NCBI GenBank assembly: GCA_030141605.1
Contig: JAQGDQ010000543.1
Coordinates: 82,713 to 146,712, forward strand
Source: Tubiluchus corallicola
Lineage: Eukaryota; Animalia; Priapulida
Length of the DNA: 64,000 nt
Reading direction: 5' to 3'
Notes under the pieces: generated by a model
The model's database searches: none
What the model was told of the DNA's origin: nothing
What the model saw: the letters and a program-made list of their open reading frames with translations, nothing else
Made by a program: the position numbers and the translations under genes
Shown here: positions 12,883 through 25,891 of the stretch, in pieces
Position numbering within the stretch: the first letter of the stretch is position 1
Layout: each line of letters begins with the position of its first letter

Positions 12883-13574
12883 AAAGACCAGCATCGTAGA
12901 TTAGTAATAAATAAAACTGTTTAAGTGTGAATAATTAAAGGCTAAAGTTTACAAATCCCCATGTGCAAGAAATTAGTTTATCAAGCGGATTAGGGTTACG
13001 ACTAATATTAGGTAATATTACCCTACATTCAGTTGGTGCTCGGGAATTATCCCTGACATAACGGGATGAGTTTGGGCGTTAATACAAGTCCAAAATATCC
13101 AACATATTAACAGTAAGTATCGATACTTTCCCAAATTCGATTACAACTAACGATATGATTAATTATTTATGACTAATTAATTAACTTGCCCCCTCCCCCA
13201 CTTAATTTTCACCCTTCCTGTAACATACTATTCACGTCACTCGTGTAAAAAACTCTGTACACATATAATATCGCATATATAGGTACTAGGTAGTCTTTGA
13301 TCTCGGTTCTTGGCTGTTTGTTCTCTCCATATACAAGACTTACTTCGTCAAAGCAAACATATTATGCGGACCGTAGTACACTTTTCAAACAAAATAACTA
13401 AAGTTACTGAACTGACGCGTCAGACGGCTTTGCTTTACCGGCTGCAGTTGAGATGCGTTGCTGTGGTACACTTAGCCTTTGACCTACGACAACAGTTCGC
13501 GCAAAACAGCTGAAGTTACTGAACCGATATGGCAGACCGCTTTACAAAGAAAAATGCACTATCATGCGCGATGA

Positions 13575-14061
13575 TGGATTAAAATGCTGCAACAGTAAGT
13601 AGTGGGGAAACTTCACAAGGTTGTTTAATAGACCATCCAAAGGTTTTGACCCTCGTCCATTTGTCCATAACGTACGAAATGCATCAGAAGACGGTTTATA
13701 CACGTGTAATGTACATTCATAAGCACGTCATTAGTCGCCTGAAAAGCAAAAATGTCAAAAAATAAAGACGAAGCCACATCTGAAATGAAGCCAACTTCAA
13801 AATTGTACAAAAGTGCAGATCGGATTTTCATCTTAAAATTTTCAGAGCAAAAATCATAAATATTAAACATCCAATTCTATGTAGACAAAAAGAACATGTT
13901 ACTAACTTGTCTCTGTTTTAGTTACCGAATCTAGTGCTAATTTTATTCAGTAACAAACATGGCTGCTTTCAGCCACAATTTTAGTTTTGTGCTTTTACCT
14001 AAATTTTTGATATAATTGCAGAAGTAGACACTGAAGAGCTCTGCTGAAAACTCTTATGTCT
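13575..14061 (+). mobile_element. Penelope-like element relic (GIY-YIG C-terminus plus hammerhead-like motif)
   Basis: Decayed frames KCCNSK...GETS and NFKIVQKCRSDFHLKIFRAKIINIKHPILCRQKEHVTNLSLF*; downstream AGACA-CTGAAGA-G...-GAAA-...-TA-TGTCT. Confidence 0.6.
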
Positions 14062-14967
14062 TTCATTTTAGTTACTGTATGATTGCAAATACCACGTAAA
14101 ATAACTAAAGTTACTGAACCGATGCGTTAGATGGCTTTGCTTTACCCACATGTCACGTGACGGTGTGCATGACTGCATGTACCTGTACACTGCGCAATAA
14201 ATGCTGAAACTTTACCATCATCGTCTTAGTATCATTTAGAGCGTTCTTGAAATTCTCTCCCGCCAAAAATCTGTTTGACAAAAAATTACTAAAAAGAGGG
14301 GTTTTCTAAAAAAGAATGATCGAACGTCCTTGATGGAGCTTAGCAATGGATGGGTACAGATGCAGTGGCGCAGCTAAAGGGGAACTATTATCACTATTAT
14401 CACTAAATATATGAAAGAACCAGCTTCTAGGAGTCACCATGGTTGCTGAGCGACACGATCGTTTTGGCTACTGAAGCCATTATCAAAGTTTAGATGAAGC
14501 CAAAACGAAGAACAAATCTCTTATATTAATATTCTTGGTATATATATTTATTTATTTATATATATATATAAGATTCGAGGCTACAGCCCGGACGAGGGCA
14601 CCATTTTAATACATTAATGACGCAAAGGCACAAGATCCTGCTAATATGATCACTCTACGCCACAGACTAATGTATAATTAAATAAAATCCACGTAAAACA
14701 AGTGACGTTACTGAACTGATGCGACACACAGCCTTGCTTTACCCACATGTCACGTAACGGCTGCAGTTAAGACGCGTTGCTGTGGAAACACTTAGCCTTT
14801 GACCTACAACAACAGTCCACGCAAAACGACTGAAGTTACTGAACCGATATGGCAGACGGCCTTGCTTTACACACAAGTCGGCTGTAGTTACTTAACCTAC
14901 GACCTACAGCGACCGCGCGTGCGCACGACGAAACGAAACCGCGAGAAGGCTTATTATTGACGGGTAC

Positions 14968-15131
14968 TCACAGCAAATTAATTTTTTGTTTCTCGATGGG
15001 GTAGCGTTCGTTCGACTTCTTCTCGCGGGTGTAATACATGACGACGAAGAATATGATGGAGCTGGTGATGATGATGGCGCCGGCCGCAAAGAACGGCATG
15101 GAGTAGCCGCCCGTGCTCGACAGAATCAGAC
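14968..15131 (-). CDS. SLC16/MCT transporter last coding exon
   Basis: ttacag acceptor, phase 1; GLILSSTGGYSMPFFAAGAIIITSSIIFFVVMYY...KINLL*. The five exons total 1335 nt (444 aa) with consistent phases. Confidence 0.88.
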
Positions 15132-17296
15132 CTGTAATAGAAATAAGAACGACCTTCGTTCACTGCATTTGCTAAAAAAAGTGTCCATTTCATTAATTAA
15201 TCATCATTGTGGTTGTCAGATTTTTTATAAACCATTGCGGTCATAATGTCTTTGCTGAAAGACCCTAGTTAAGCAACACTTAGCTCGGTTAGAAAATGGA
15301 ACAGTGACATTCTGAATAGTTCTGTATCTCATATACTATCGCTAGTTATTGATCTTACTGAAAAATAATTTATATACACAGCTGAGACAATATATTTAGC
15401 CTCCATTCTTTTGATGCTCGGGAATTATCCCTGACACAACGGGATGAGTTCGGGCGTTAATACGAGTCCAAAACTATGCAACATATTAACGGTAAGCATC
15501 GACACTTTCCCAAATTCGATGACAACTAATGATGTGATTAATTAATTACGACCGTGATAGCCAGAACTTTTATGGACCATTGCGGTCAATTTGACCAATT
15601 ATTACAATTGCCGGCAATCACGGACGTGATTAATTAACGATATCAGCAGCTGCCAGCTAATTTGGGAAAGTATTGATACCAATTCTCACTAGTTAATCTG
15701 TTTCGGCTCATGAAGTTAACACAGCACAAACGGTTTGTTGAGTTTTTACTATAAATTAAATGACAAGTTTACACAGGTAAAAAAAGACAAAACAGTTTTT
15801 AGACGAATCACTATCTAAGTCAAAGAGGCTTTAAAAAGCTTGTCCCTACAAAGTAGGAGGATGGAAAAGAAAGATAAATTATTGCTGGCACCGAGGGAAG
15901 ATTACAGCTGCAAGATCTTCACAGATATTCATAAATATTTGCTCAAAATTTCATGCAAAATAATTATAGAATTTTTGCTACGAAATTATCGGTGAGGAGG
16001 GGTAATGTCGGTGGCGACTTTATACCACTTACATACTCCCTTTTTGGTATGCCGTATCTTGTCAATAAGATTAAAAATACGTTTTTGGGTAGTGAGTGGC
16101 GCACCCTGGAGGGTGAGTCAGCGACATTTTACCAATTGGCACAAACATTTTAAATCATTATTTCTAGTTACATAAGTCTTTCTTATGCAGGTAAGTGAAA
16201 TGCTAAGTAAACAGATTTGCACGGAAAGTTTTTTGGGACATAATTTGACATTTCCTTTTCTTCCCCTGATTTACGTTTGGTACATGACGTCGGGCGATGT
16301 AATGGCGCCGTCGGAACAATATTGCGGGAGATTTAAAATGAAAACAAACAAAAATTCCTCTCAACGCGAATACGAATGTGCATAAAATTGCTGTAAAGCA
16401 GAATAATTTTTTAAGGCGATTTTTCTGAAACCTACTTCTGGTACCTCTTTTCTTGTCCTTTAAATCTCTTGCAGTCTTTGCAGTGCATACCAAGCTGAAG
16501 AGTGATGACTCATACTTCTGCACTAGTAATACTACACCTGTCAGCTAATTGACTGAGTCAGTTAATTGGGTCAAAACACTTCCATCCCATAGTGAGTCTA
16601 TTAAGCGGCGCTTCATCTAGAACTAGTTGGCTTCGGCAAAATTTAAACCGAAATTTGGTGTAAAAAACAGCAGCAGCTCTTTTCAGGGAGATTTTTAAAT
16701 TTCTAAAATGCACATTAGCGCATGTGACAAACGTACCTGCTTACAAACAAAGCTGTATTTAACATGACTGTTTCTACGTATATTATAGTGCACAAAACCA
16801 ACGTAAAGACGACATAAAACCAGTAAAAGCTCTTTGGTCCACACAACTGTCGTATTTTAAATACACGAAGAAAAACTATTTGAGTCAATTACCGGCAGTT
16901 TTTATATACATTTAAATACGAGTGGCCCGTACCAAGCATTTTTGAGTCAACTATGCGGAGTTATTTGAGTCAATTGCCGGTATACGAGTGGCCCGTACCA
17001 AGCATTTTTGAGTCAATTATGCGGAGTTATTTGAGTCAATTGCTGGTATACGAGTGGTCCGTACCAAGCATTTTTGAGTCAATTATGCAGAGTTATTTGA
17101 GTCAATTACCGACAGTTTTTATATACATTTAAATAGGAGCGGCCCACACCAAGCATTTTTGAATCAATTGTGCAACTGATTCTATTAACCTTGAGTCAAA
17201 TAAACGATGCCTACTGTATTTCTGTCACTAGGTGTCCAAAGAAACCAGTTAATTTACTCAAACGACATTCCGCGAGACTAAGAGCCGATAGATTAC

Positions 17297-17455
17297 CTCC
17301 CAAAGGCGGTCCGAAGAGACAGCCCACACCGTGCGTGTAGAACAACATCTGATACGCCGTTGACAGATTCTCGAGACCGAACGTGTCCGTGGTGATATTG
17401 CTCAGGTTTCCCATGACTAGACCGAATGCGGTACCAAACAGAATGCTCATTATCA
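17297..17455 (-). CDS. SLC16/MCT transporter coding exon 4
   Basis: ttgcag acceptor, G|gtaatc donor, 159 nt; ILFGTAFG...FGLENLSTAY...GCLFGPPLG (TM10-11). Confidence 0.9.
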
Positions 17456-17491
17456 CTGCAAAGCATAAACACTCGAAAAAATCTTCTGCTG

Positions 17492-18155
17492 TATAGGTTT
17501 TACACGTCAAATGTAGACACAGGAAAGTTCAAATGTGACTTAGGTAAGTCAAATCTAGACATAGGAATTTCGAATGTGTTTTGGTAACTCAAATGTGACT
17601 TAGGTAAGTCAAATGTAGACATTAGAATTTCAAATGTGTTTTGGTAACTCAAATGTGACTTAGGTAAGAGAAATGTAGATGCATTACTTTGAATAAATCG
17701 GTAACTAAGTTATTTAAGTGCCAATTAGAAAAAGATAAACCAAAGATAGTGCATCTATTAGTAAGCCTACAACGTTGTTATTTTAACTTAGGAGCAATTA
17801 TTAAATTGAAATTAAAGAAGATTAAATTTAACATCCTTAAGCTTTACCACCTATCCACATTTGAGATACCAATGTCACATTTGACTTGACATGTGTCTAC
17901 ATTTGACTTACCAAAAGCGCTTAAGATTTGTTGAAAACCATTGTTAACACTTTTGAACTACAAAGTCTACATTTGAGTTACCAAGACACATTTGAACTAC
18001 CTAAATCTACATTTGAGTTACCAAGACACATTTCAATTACCTAAATCTACATTTGAGTTAACGCAGGTCTACATTTGAGTTACCAAGACACATTTAAATT
18101 ACCTAAATCTACATTTGAGTTAACGCAGGTCTACATTTGACATGTAAAACCTATA
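17492..18155. mobile_element. Foldback-type element with TIRs and inverted subterminal minisatellite arms
   Basis: TATAGGTTTTACACGTCAAATGTAGAC...GTCTACATTTGACATGTAAAACCTATA; short subrepeats in opposite orientation on each arm. Confidence 0.75.
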
Positions 18156-19909
18156 GTAAATATACCATGTAGTGCAATACTGAACGGATTCAGGTGTTCA
18201 GAGACAGTACTCTTTCTACCTGAGCTCAGACATGTGCATATATACAAACATACATATGCATTTTTATTGTTGTAATTTGTAATTATAATTTTAAGGAAAC
18301 AAAACATACGAAATTTTATACATAAACTTGGTAAAATCCTAAACAAAAAATATTTTTTGTTTACGAACTTGTCGCAGTTCAAGAATTTGCCGGTACACGG
18401 TTTTTAAGCACGTGACAACTGAAAACACACTGTGTGAGGGACAGTACTCTTTCTACCTAAAGTGCAGCATCTTATCTCAGAATTCTGCGCATGGCCTCAT
18501 GTGCACAGCAGCTAAACACCGCATTGTTGGAGCTTTGAAGCAAACAGTACTACCCTCACGTGCTCTGGACTGTACAAGTATAAAGAAAGGACTAAAGAAA
18601 AGAGACTTATTATATTGAATATTATCGATAATATCGAGTGAACATAGGGGGTGCTGCAGTTCAAGTTTGATCCATTCTTGGTAAGCACGTGACAACTGAC
18701 AACAAAACTGTGTGAGCAACAGTACTTTTTCTACCTGCGCTCACACAATGAGCATTTAAGCAGCTAATCACCACGTTGCTGGGACTGTGAATCAAACAGT
18801 ACTACCCTCACGTGGTCTGGTTCCATACAAGTATAAAGAAAGGACTAAAGAAAAGAGACTTATTATATTGAATATTATCGATAATATCGAGTGAAAATAG
18901 GGGGCGCTGCAGTACCACAGTACTTATACATTAGCCGCCACTGGTAAAAAGAGTGCATCTTAGCACCTACAATACTGCAAAGGTGTTTCTGATAATTAAA
19001 TAATAGATTAAAACCTTAATTAATGGCAGACGAGCTCAACTATTGATGACGTCACAGACGAACATAATTTTCAACATCAAAAATATTCCATGAGCGCGTT
19101 GCAGGTGTTTGCAAAAGGGAAAATTGAAGTACAGTGCAACTGTAAGATATTCAGTATGTTGTACTATAACTAGGCAAGTTTTGAGATAAAAATTCAAATT
19201 CGAAATTTACCACTGTGCTCACGCATGAGCTGTCGAATGTGTGCAGTTCGTCACAAACTAACCCATCTGAACTGAGAGGTACAGCACCTGTTTTCTCTGC
19301 AAAGCATTTCCGAAATGCTGGCACTAGTGCCCGTCTAACAAGCAAATGGCGAAATGAATGTAACAGTGAAGAACTAGTGGCGCGAACGCGAAATTGTGTT
19401 TGTGTGGTAATAATTATTTCACGTGAATTATTTTTCCTTTCAATATTTTAAAGAGTAGATTGTTTTGACTTACAGTTTAAGATTGGGTCCGGTTTTACTT
19501 TAAGTACAAACTATTTTTGTTAATAATTAATGAATAATCTATTAATTTTTTTAATAAAAATAGTACATCAAACTCATCCAATCATTATAATACATACTTA
19601 GAGAACTTGTGCTTTCTATTTTACCTGGATTACATTATCTTTCACCCCCCCCCCCTTGAGAAAATGGTTTACTCTCTGCGAAATCATTAAGAGAAGCCCA
19701 CTTACCGAGATGCCAAATGAATGGCGAAATGCATGTAATAGTGAAGAACTCGTGGCGTGAATGTAAAATTGCATTTGTGTTTTGCATTTCACGTAAGTAA
19801 TTTTCGAAAAAAAATAGTTTGTTTCCTTTCAATATTTGAATGAGTAGATTGTTTTGACCTAGAGTTCAAGATTAGATGTGGTTTTGCTTTAAATCAATCA
19901 GTAACTTAC

Positions 19910-20503
19910 CTAACACGGTCACGTTCATCACGCCCGGAAATATGATGACGCACACGCCCACGACCAGCGTTGCCAGGTTGAACACCCACAGCTCGTCGCA
20001 ACGGGGATGCCTGGCTATGATACCGGTCAACATCCGGCCGAACGTGTAGGATATCCCCAGGAAAGCCAAGAGGAACACGCCGTTGTCGACTTCGATGTGA
20101 AACTTGGGCGAGTTCTCGGCGTAGTCGGTGAGAAACATGAATGCCGCGTACGTCCCACTGACCCACAGGAGATTGTTAAAACTGAGAATGATGACCTTGT
20201 AGTTCTTTAACACTTTCACGTCGAACGGCTGCTCCGTCCAGTCGGCGTCGTTGCAGAACTTGTTGTTTATCGGCCGCAAGAGGACGCCACATATGCACAG
20301 GTGCAGCGCGAGTCCGCCGTGAATGAACATGGCGCCCCTCCACGAGTATTCTTCGATCAGACGCTGAATGAGCGGAGCGAGGAAGAGCAGACCAAATCCG
20401 GTGCCGCACATGGTAGACACCGAAGAGGCGAGGTACCTCCTGCGATCGAAGTAATATCCGATCATGCTAGCTGCCGGAAGGTAGGCTAGACCGTACCCGG
20501 CAC
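19910..20503 (-). CDS. SLC16/MCT transporter coding exon 3
   Basis: ctcag acceptor, G|gtaagt donor, 594 nt; contains the SLC16 signatures YFDRRRYLA and YSWRGAM...LHLCICGVLLRP. Confidence 0.95.
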
Positions 20504-20569
20504 CTGAGAAATAAAAAATGTTGACATTTATGAACAAAAAATTGGGAGTGGATCAGTTTGACTCACTTA

Positions 20570-21119
20570 CAGGAAAACAGGACGATTGTTTAGACTCAAT
20601 CTCATTTTAATTTACTGTCCAAAATACACATTTTCTTGCCTATAAAAGTTAGCAATTGTTCCTTATATTTGAATAATTAGCTTAGAAAGTTAATTAACGG
20701 CAACCGAACACAGCTATTGCTTACGTCAGAAACTAACCACAGTTTGTGCAATGGCAGGCATCTTCCCTTGCGCGTCAAGCACATTTGCATAGGTGTACTG
20801 CCTTAAGCGCATGATGTCACGAAAAATGGGCTTTACATCATATGACGTCAGAAACTAACACAGCAGTTCATGATCATGCTTATCACGGTACCGCCTTCTA
20901 TTTGTCGGCCACGCGCATGTGACAAAAAGGCGCCGTTGCCAATCTTAGTAGATTCACTGAGCCGCGCGTAGCTTTGAAAGTTTAACGAAATTTGAGTATC
21001 CGAGGTAATTATTATTTAATCTAAACTTTGATTTAAAATAAGCTATTGTAGCTTTCAATATTTTAGAGCATTCTTTATTCTGAACTCGGTGTTTACACAA
21101 TCATCCAGTTTTCCTTTAA
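20570..21119. mobile_element. MITE family D (TTAA-ended, Kolobok-like)
   Basis: AGGAAAAC...GTTTTCCTTTAA; inverted copy at 51633-52185, partial copies at 31420-31852 and 48056-48442. Confidence 0.72.
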
Positions 21120-21699
21120 TAATGAGTATACATTGCTGAACCAGTAGGTTACAAGCAGCTAAGATGCTATTAAATAAAGCCGATTATATATTAAAACTAA
21201 ACAACTAAAGTGAAATATATGCTTTCCAAAAAGTGTTATATTAACTACAGTAAACTCTGCATAACTCAAACCCACCTGAACCAAAAAAAAATTTTGAGTT
21301 AGGCGATGTTTTGAGTTATGCGATATTTTGAGAAACGTGATGTTGATCATTTTTCAGCATAGAAACTCTAAACCCCTCCTCCAGATGGCGGAGCTAAATA
21401 GAAGGCAGAAAGTCAACCCTTCTATACATAAACGACGAGATTTGATGACAATTACATAAAGAATAACAAATTATGTAGTGAAACATGATTTTTTCATGTT
21501 AGAGAAGGACACGTACACAACACTGTTTTGAATACCCATTCTTCCACCAGTGATGTCATTCGTCGACTGAAGAAAGGCAGCGCATTTTCCATTTTCGTCA
21601 TAATCAGTTTTTCGCGCAAACATCAGGCGAGCTACAGAAGTTTGAACTAGCTTACGAAAAGTCGCGAAGTCAAATTTCAAGCTCGAACATTGTACTCAC

Positions 21700-21846
21700 C
21701 AACGATGATGCCGTACGTGTAATACATCACATAAATATTGGGACAGTAAGACGTTGCTATGTGACCGACGAAAGCTACGAAGCTTCCTATGAACACCATC
21801 ACTCGATGACTGCCCACCTTCTTCATTAGCTTGGCTGACAGGGGAC
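21700..21846 (-). CDS. SLC16/MCT transporter coding exon 2
   Basis: tag|GTCCC acceptor, G|gtgagt donor, 147 nt, phase 1/1; GPLSAKLMKKVGSHRV...YYTYGIIV (MFS motif A region). Confidence 0.9.
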
Positions 21847-22029
21847 CTATCATATAACAATGGTACATATTACATACGTAGTGCTTTTTCAAGGAAAAAA
21901 ATAAGATTTAAATAAAACGTCTCAAATTACAGCACATCTCGGGTGTTTTTTTGCCCATTTGCATGGATCTGCCCTTGCAAAGTGGTTCTTGAATGTAACG
22001 GTAGTGTTAAATTTGCATCGTTATCAATT

Positions 22030-22562
22030 ACCCATGTAACTGTCATTCAAGTCCATAATATAGCTGGCATCGTGCCCAACTGGCCATGTAATTGTCATTC
22101 AAGTCTGTAGCATAGCTGGCATCGTGCCCAGCTGGCCATGTAATTGTCATTCAAGTCTATAGTATAGCTGGCATCGTGCCCAACTGGCCATGTAATTGTC
22201 ATTCAAGTCTATAGTATAGCTGGCATCGTGCCCAACTGGCCATGTAATTGTCATTCAAGTCTATACTGTAGCTGGCATCGTGCCCAACTGGCCATGTAAT
22301 TGTCACTCAAGTCTATAGTATAGCTGGCATTCTGTCCAACTGGCCATGTAATTGTCATTCAAGTCTATAGTATAGCTGGCATAGTACCCAACTGGCCATG
22401 TAATTGTCATTTAAGTCCATAGCATAGCTGGCATCGTGCCAAAACGGCCATGTAATTGTCATTCAAGTCCACACTACAGCTGGCATCGTGCCCAACTGGC
22501 CATGTAATTATCATTTTAAGTCCATACTATAGTTAGCATCGTGTCCAATTGGCCATGTAATT
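22030..22562. repeat. About 53-bp minisatellite, about 10 copies (SLC16 intron)
   Basis: GGCCATGTAATTGTCATTCAAGTCTATAGTATAGCTGGCATCGTGCCCAACT unit. Confidence 0.9.
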
Positions 22563-22965
22563 AGGAGAATTAGGCTTCTTTCATAGATCCATATATAGTA
22601 ATTTTCTGTGCAAATGTCTAGCCAGCCAGCATTCACATGGGGCTGACAATCGCTATGTTGTTCCTTTGCTCATTATCCAGGATGACCATAGGCACAGTAT
22701 AACAGAAATGTCTAAAGTCTTGCATTAGACTTGGCATATACATTTAATGCAATCATGTGGCAATTTAGTCATAATGTAATTTCTTTTCTCATTACTAAAA
22801 CGTAAGTCTCTTATAATAGACCATTTAACAGTTATTTGCTGTAGGGTTAAAGTTAGAGTTAGCGTCGATGTTAGGGTTAGGGTGGTGTTACGGCTAAGGG
22901 TAGGGTTAGGGTATTTAAATTGTGTGGGGAACTGTAAACCCCTTCCAAAATGTCAATAAATTTTC

Positions 22966-23992
<1,027 letters not shown>

Positions 23993-24354
23993 TATATTAA
24001 AAACTTCATGTTCAAAATGTTTATATTTATCCATTCCGGATTTTGAAATCCACGAACATTTTCCCATTCTCTTTGCTAATGGCTTCCTATTACAAATAAC
24101 ATGAACACTCAACAGCCGTTAACTGTGCAGTCCCAAGGAAGCCATAGACACTTCCTGGTCGTATTGTTTAAAGCTGTGCTAATGTTCTGTAGACGGCACA
24201 GTAAGAGTGCACAAACGTTTATGTAACTGAATCCCACTAACTTCAGTTTACAAGATGAACATCTGTGCCACGGGAAGCAGCGAGAGCACCCCGGACAAGA
24301 TGATGGTGCAAGATTGTTACCAGAGACTTACTAAAAACCCTAAAAACATTAACA

Positions 24355-25891
24355 AGGCCTACAGGACATCTTTGAAGTTTGAAGTTTGAAATTTTTGTGA
24401 ACAAATTTTGACTAAGTAACACAAATAAATACATTTGCATAGGCCTACAGGACTGAGTCATCTTTGAAGTTTGAAATTTTTGTGAACAAATTTTGACTAA
24501 GTAACACAAATAAATACATTTGCATAGGCCTACAGGACCGAGTCATCTTTGAAGTTTGAAATTTTTGTGAACAAATTTTGCCTAAGTAACATAAATAAAT
24601 ACATTTGCATAGGCCTACACGACTGAGTCATCTTTGAAGTTTGAAATTCTTGTGAACAAATTTTGACTAATTACCATAAATAAATACATTTGCATAGGCC
24701 TACACGACTGAGTCATCTTTGAAGTTTGAAATTTTTGTGAACAAATTTTGACTAAGTAACACAAATAAATACATTTGCATAGGCCTACAGGACTGAGTCA
24801 TCTTTGAAGTTTGAAATTTTTGTGAACAAATTTTGACTAAGTAACATAAATAAATACATTTGCATAGGCCTACAGGACTGAGTCATCTTTGAAGTTTGAA
24901 ATTTTTGTGAACAAATTTTGACTAAGTAACATAAATAAATACATTTGCATAGGCCTACACGACTGAGTCATCTTTGAAGTTTGAAATTTTTGTGAACAAA
25001 TTTTGACTAATTAACATAAATAAATACATTTGCATAGGCCTACAGGACTGAGTCATCTTTGAAGTTTGAAATTCTTGTGAACAAATTTTGACTAATTACC
25101 ATAAATAAATACATTTGCATAGGCCTACAGGACTGAGTCATCTTTGAAGTTTGAAATTCTTGTGAACAAATTTTGACTAATTACCATAAATAAATACATT
25201 TGCATAGGCCTACAGGACTGAGTCATCTTTGAAGTTTGAAACTTTTGTGAATAAATTTTGACTAATTAACATAAATAAATACATTTGCATAGGCCTACAG
25301 GACTGAGTCATCTTTGAAGTTTGAAATTTTTGTGAACAAATTTTGACTAAGTAACATAAATAAATACATTTGCATAGGCCTACAGGACTGAGTCATCTTT
25401 GAAGTTTGAAATTTTTGTGAACAAATTTTGACTAAGTAACATAAATAAATACATTTGCATAGGCCTACAGGACTGAGTCATCTTTGAAGTTTGAAATTTT
25501 TGTGAACAAATTTTGACTAAGTAACATAAATAAATACATTTGCATAGGCCTACAGGACTGAGTCGTCTTTGAAGTTTGAAATTCTTGTGAACAAATTTTG
25601 ACTAATTACCATAAATAAATACATTTGCATAGGCCTACAGGACTGAGTCATCTTTGAAGTTTGAAACTTTTGTGAATAAATTTTGACTAATTAACATAAA
25701 TAAATACATTTGCATAGGCCTACAGGACTGAGTCATCTTTGAAGTTTGAAATTTTTGTGAACAAATTTTGACTAAGTAACATAAATAAATACATTTGCAT
25801 AGGCCTACAGGACTGAGTCATCTTTGAAGTTTGAAATTTTTGTGAACAAATTTTGACTAAGTAACATAAATAAATACATTTGCATAGGCCT
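24355..25891. repeat. 85-bp satellite, about 18 copies
   Basis: ACATTTGCAT recurs at 24431, 24516 and 24601 (period 85). Confidence 0.95.

Noticed and set aside
13632-13722. Ig-like EDGLYTC motif in a short + frame
   Set aside because: Bounded by stops and better explained as part of the Penelope-like relic.
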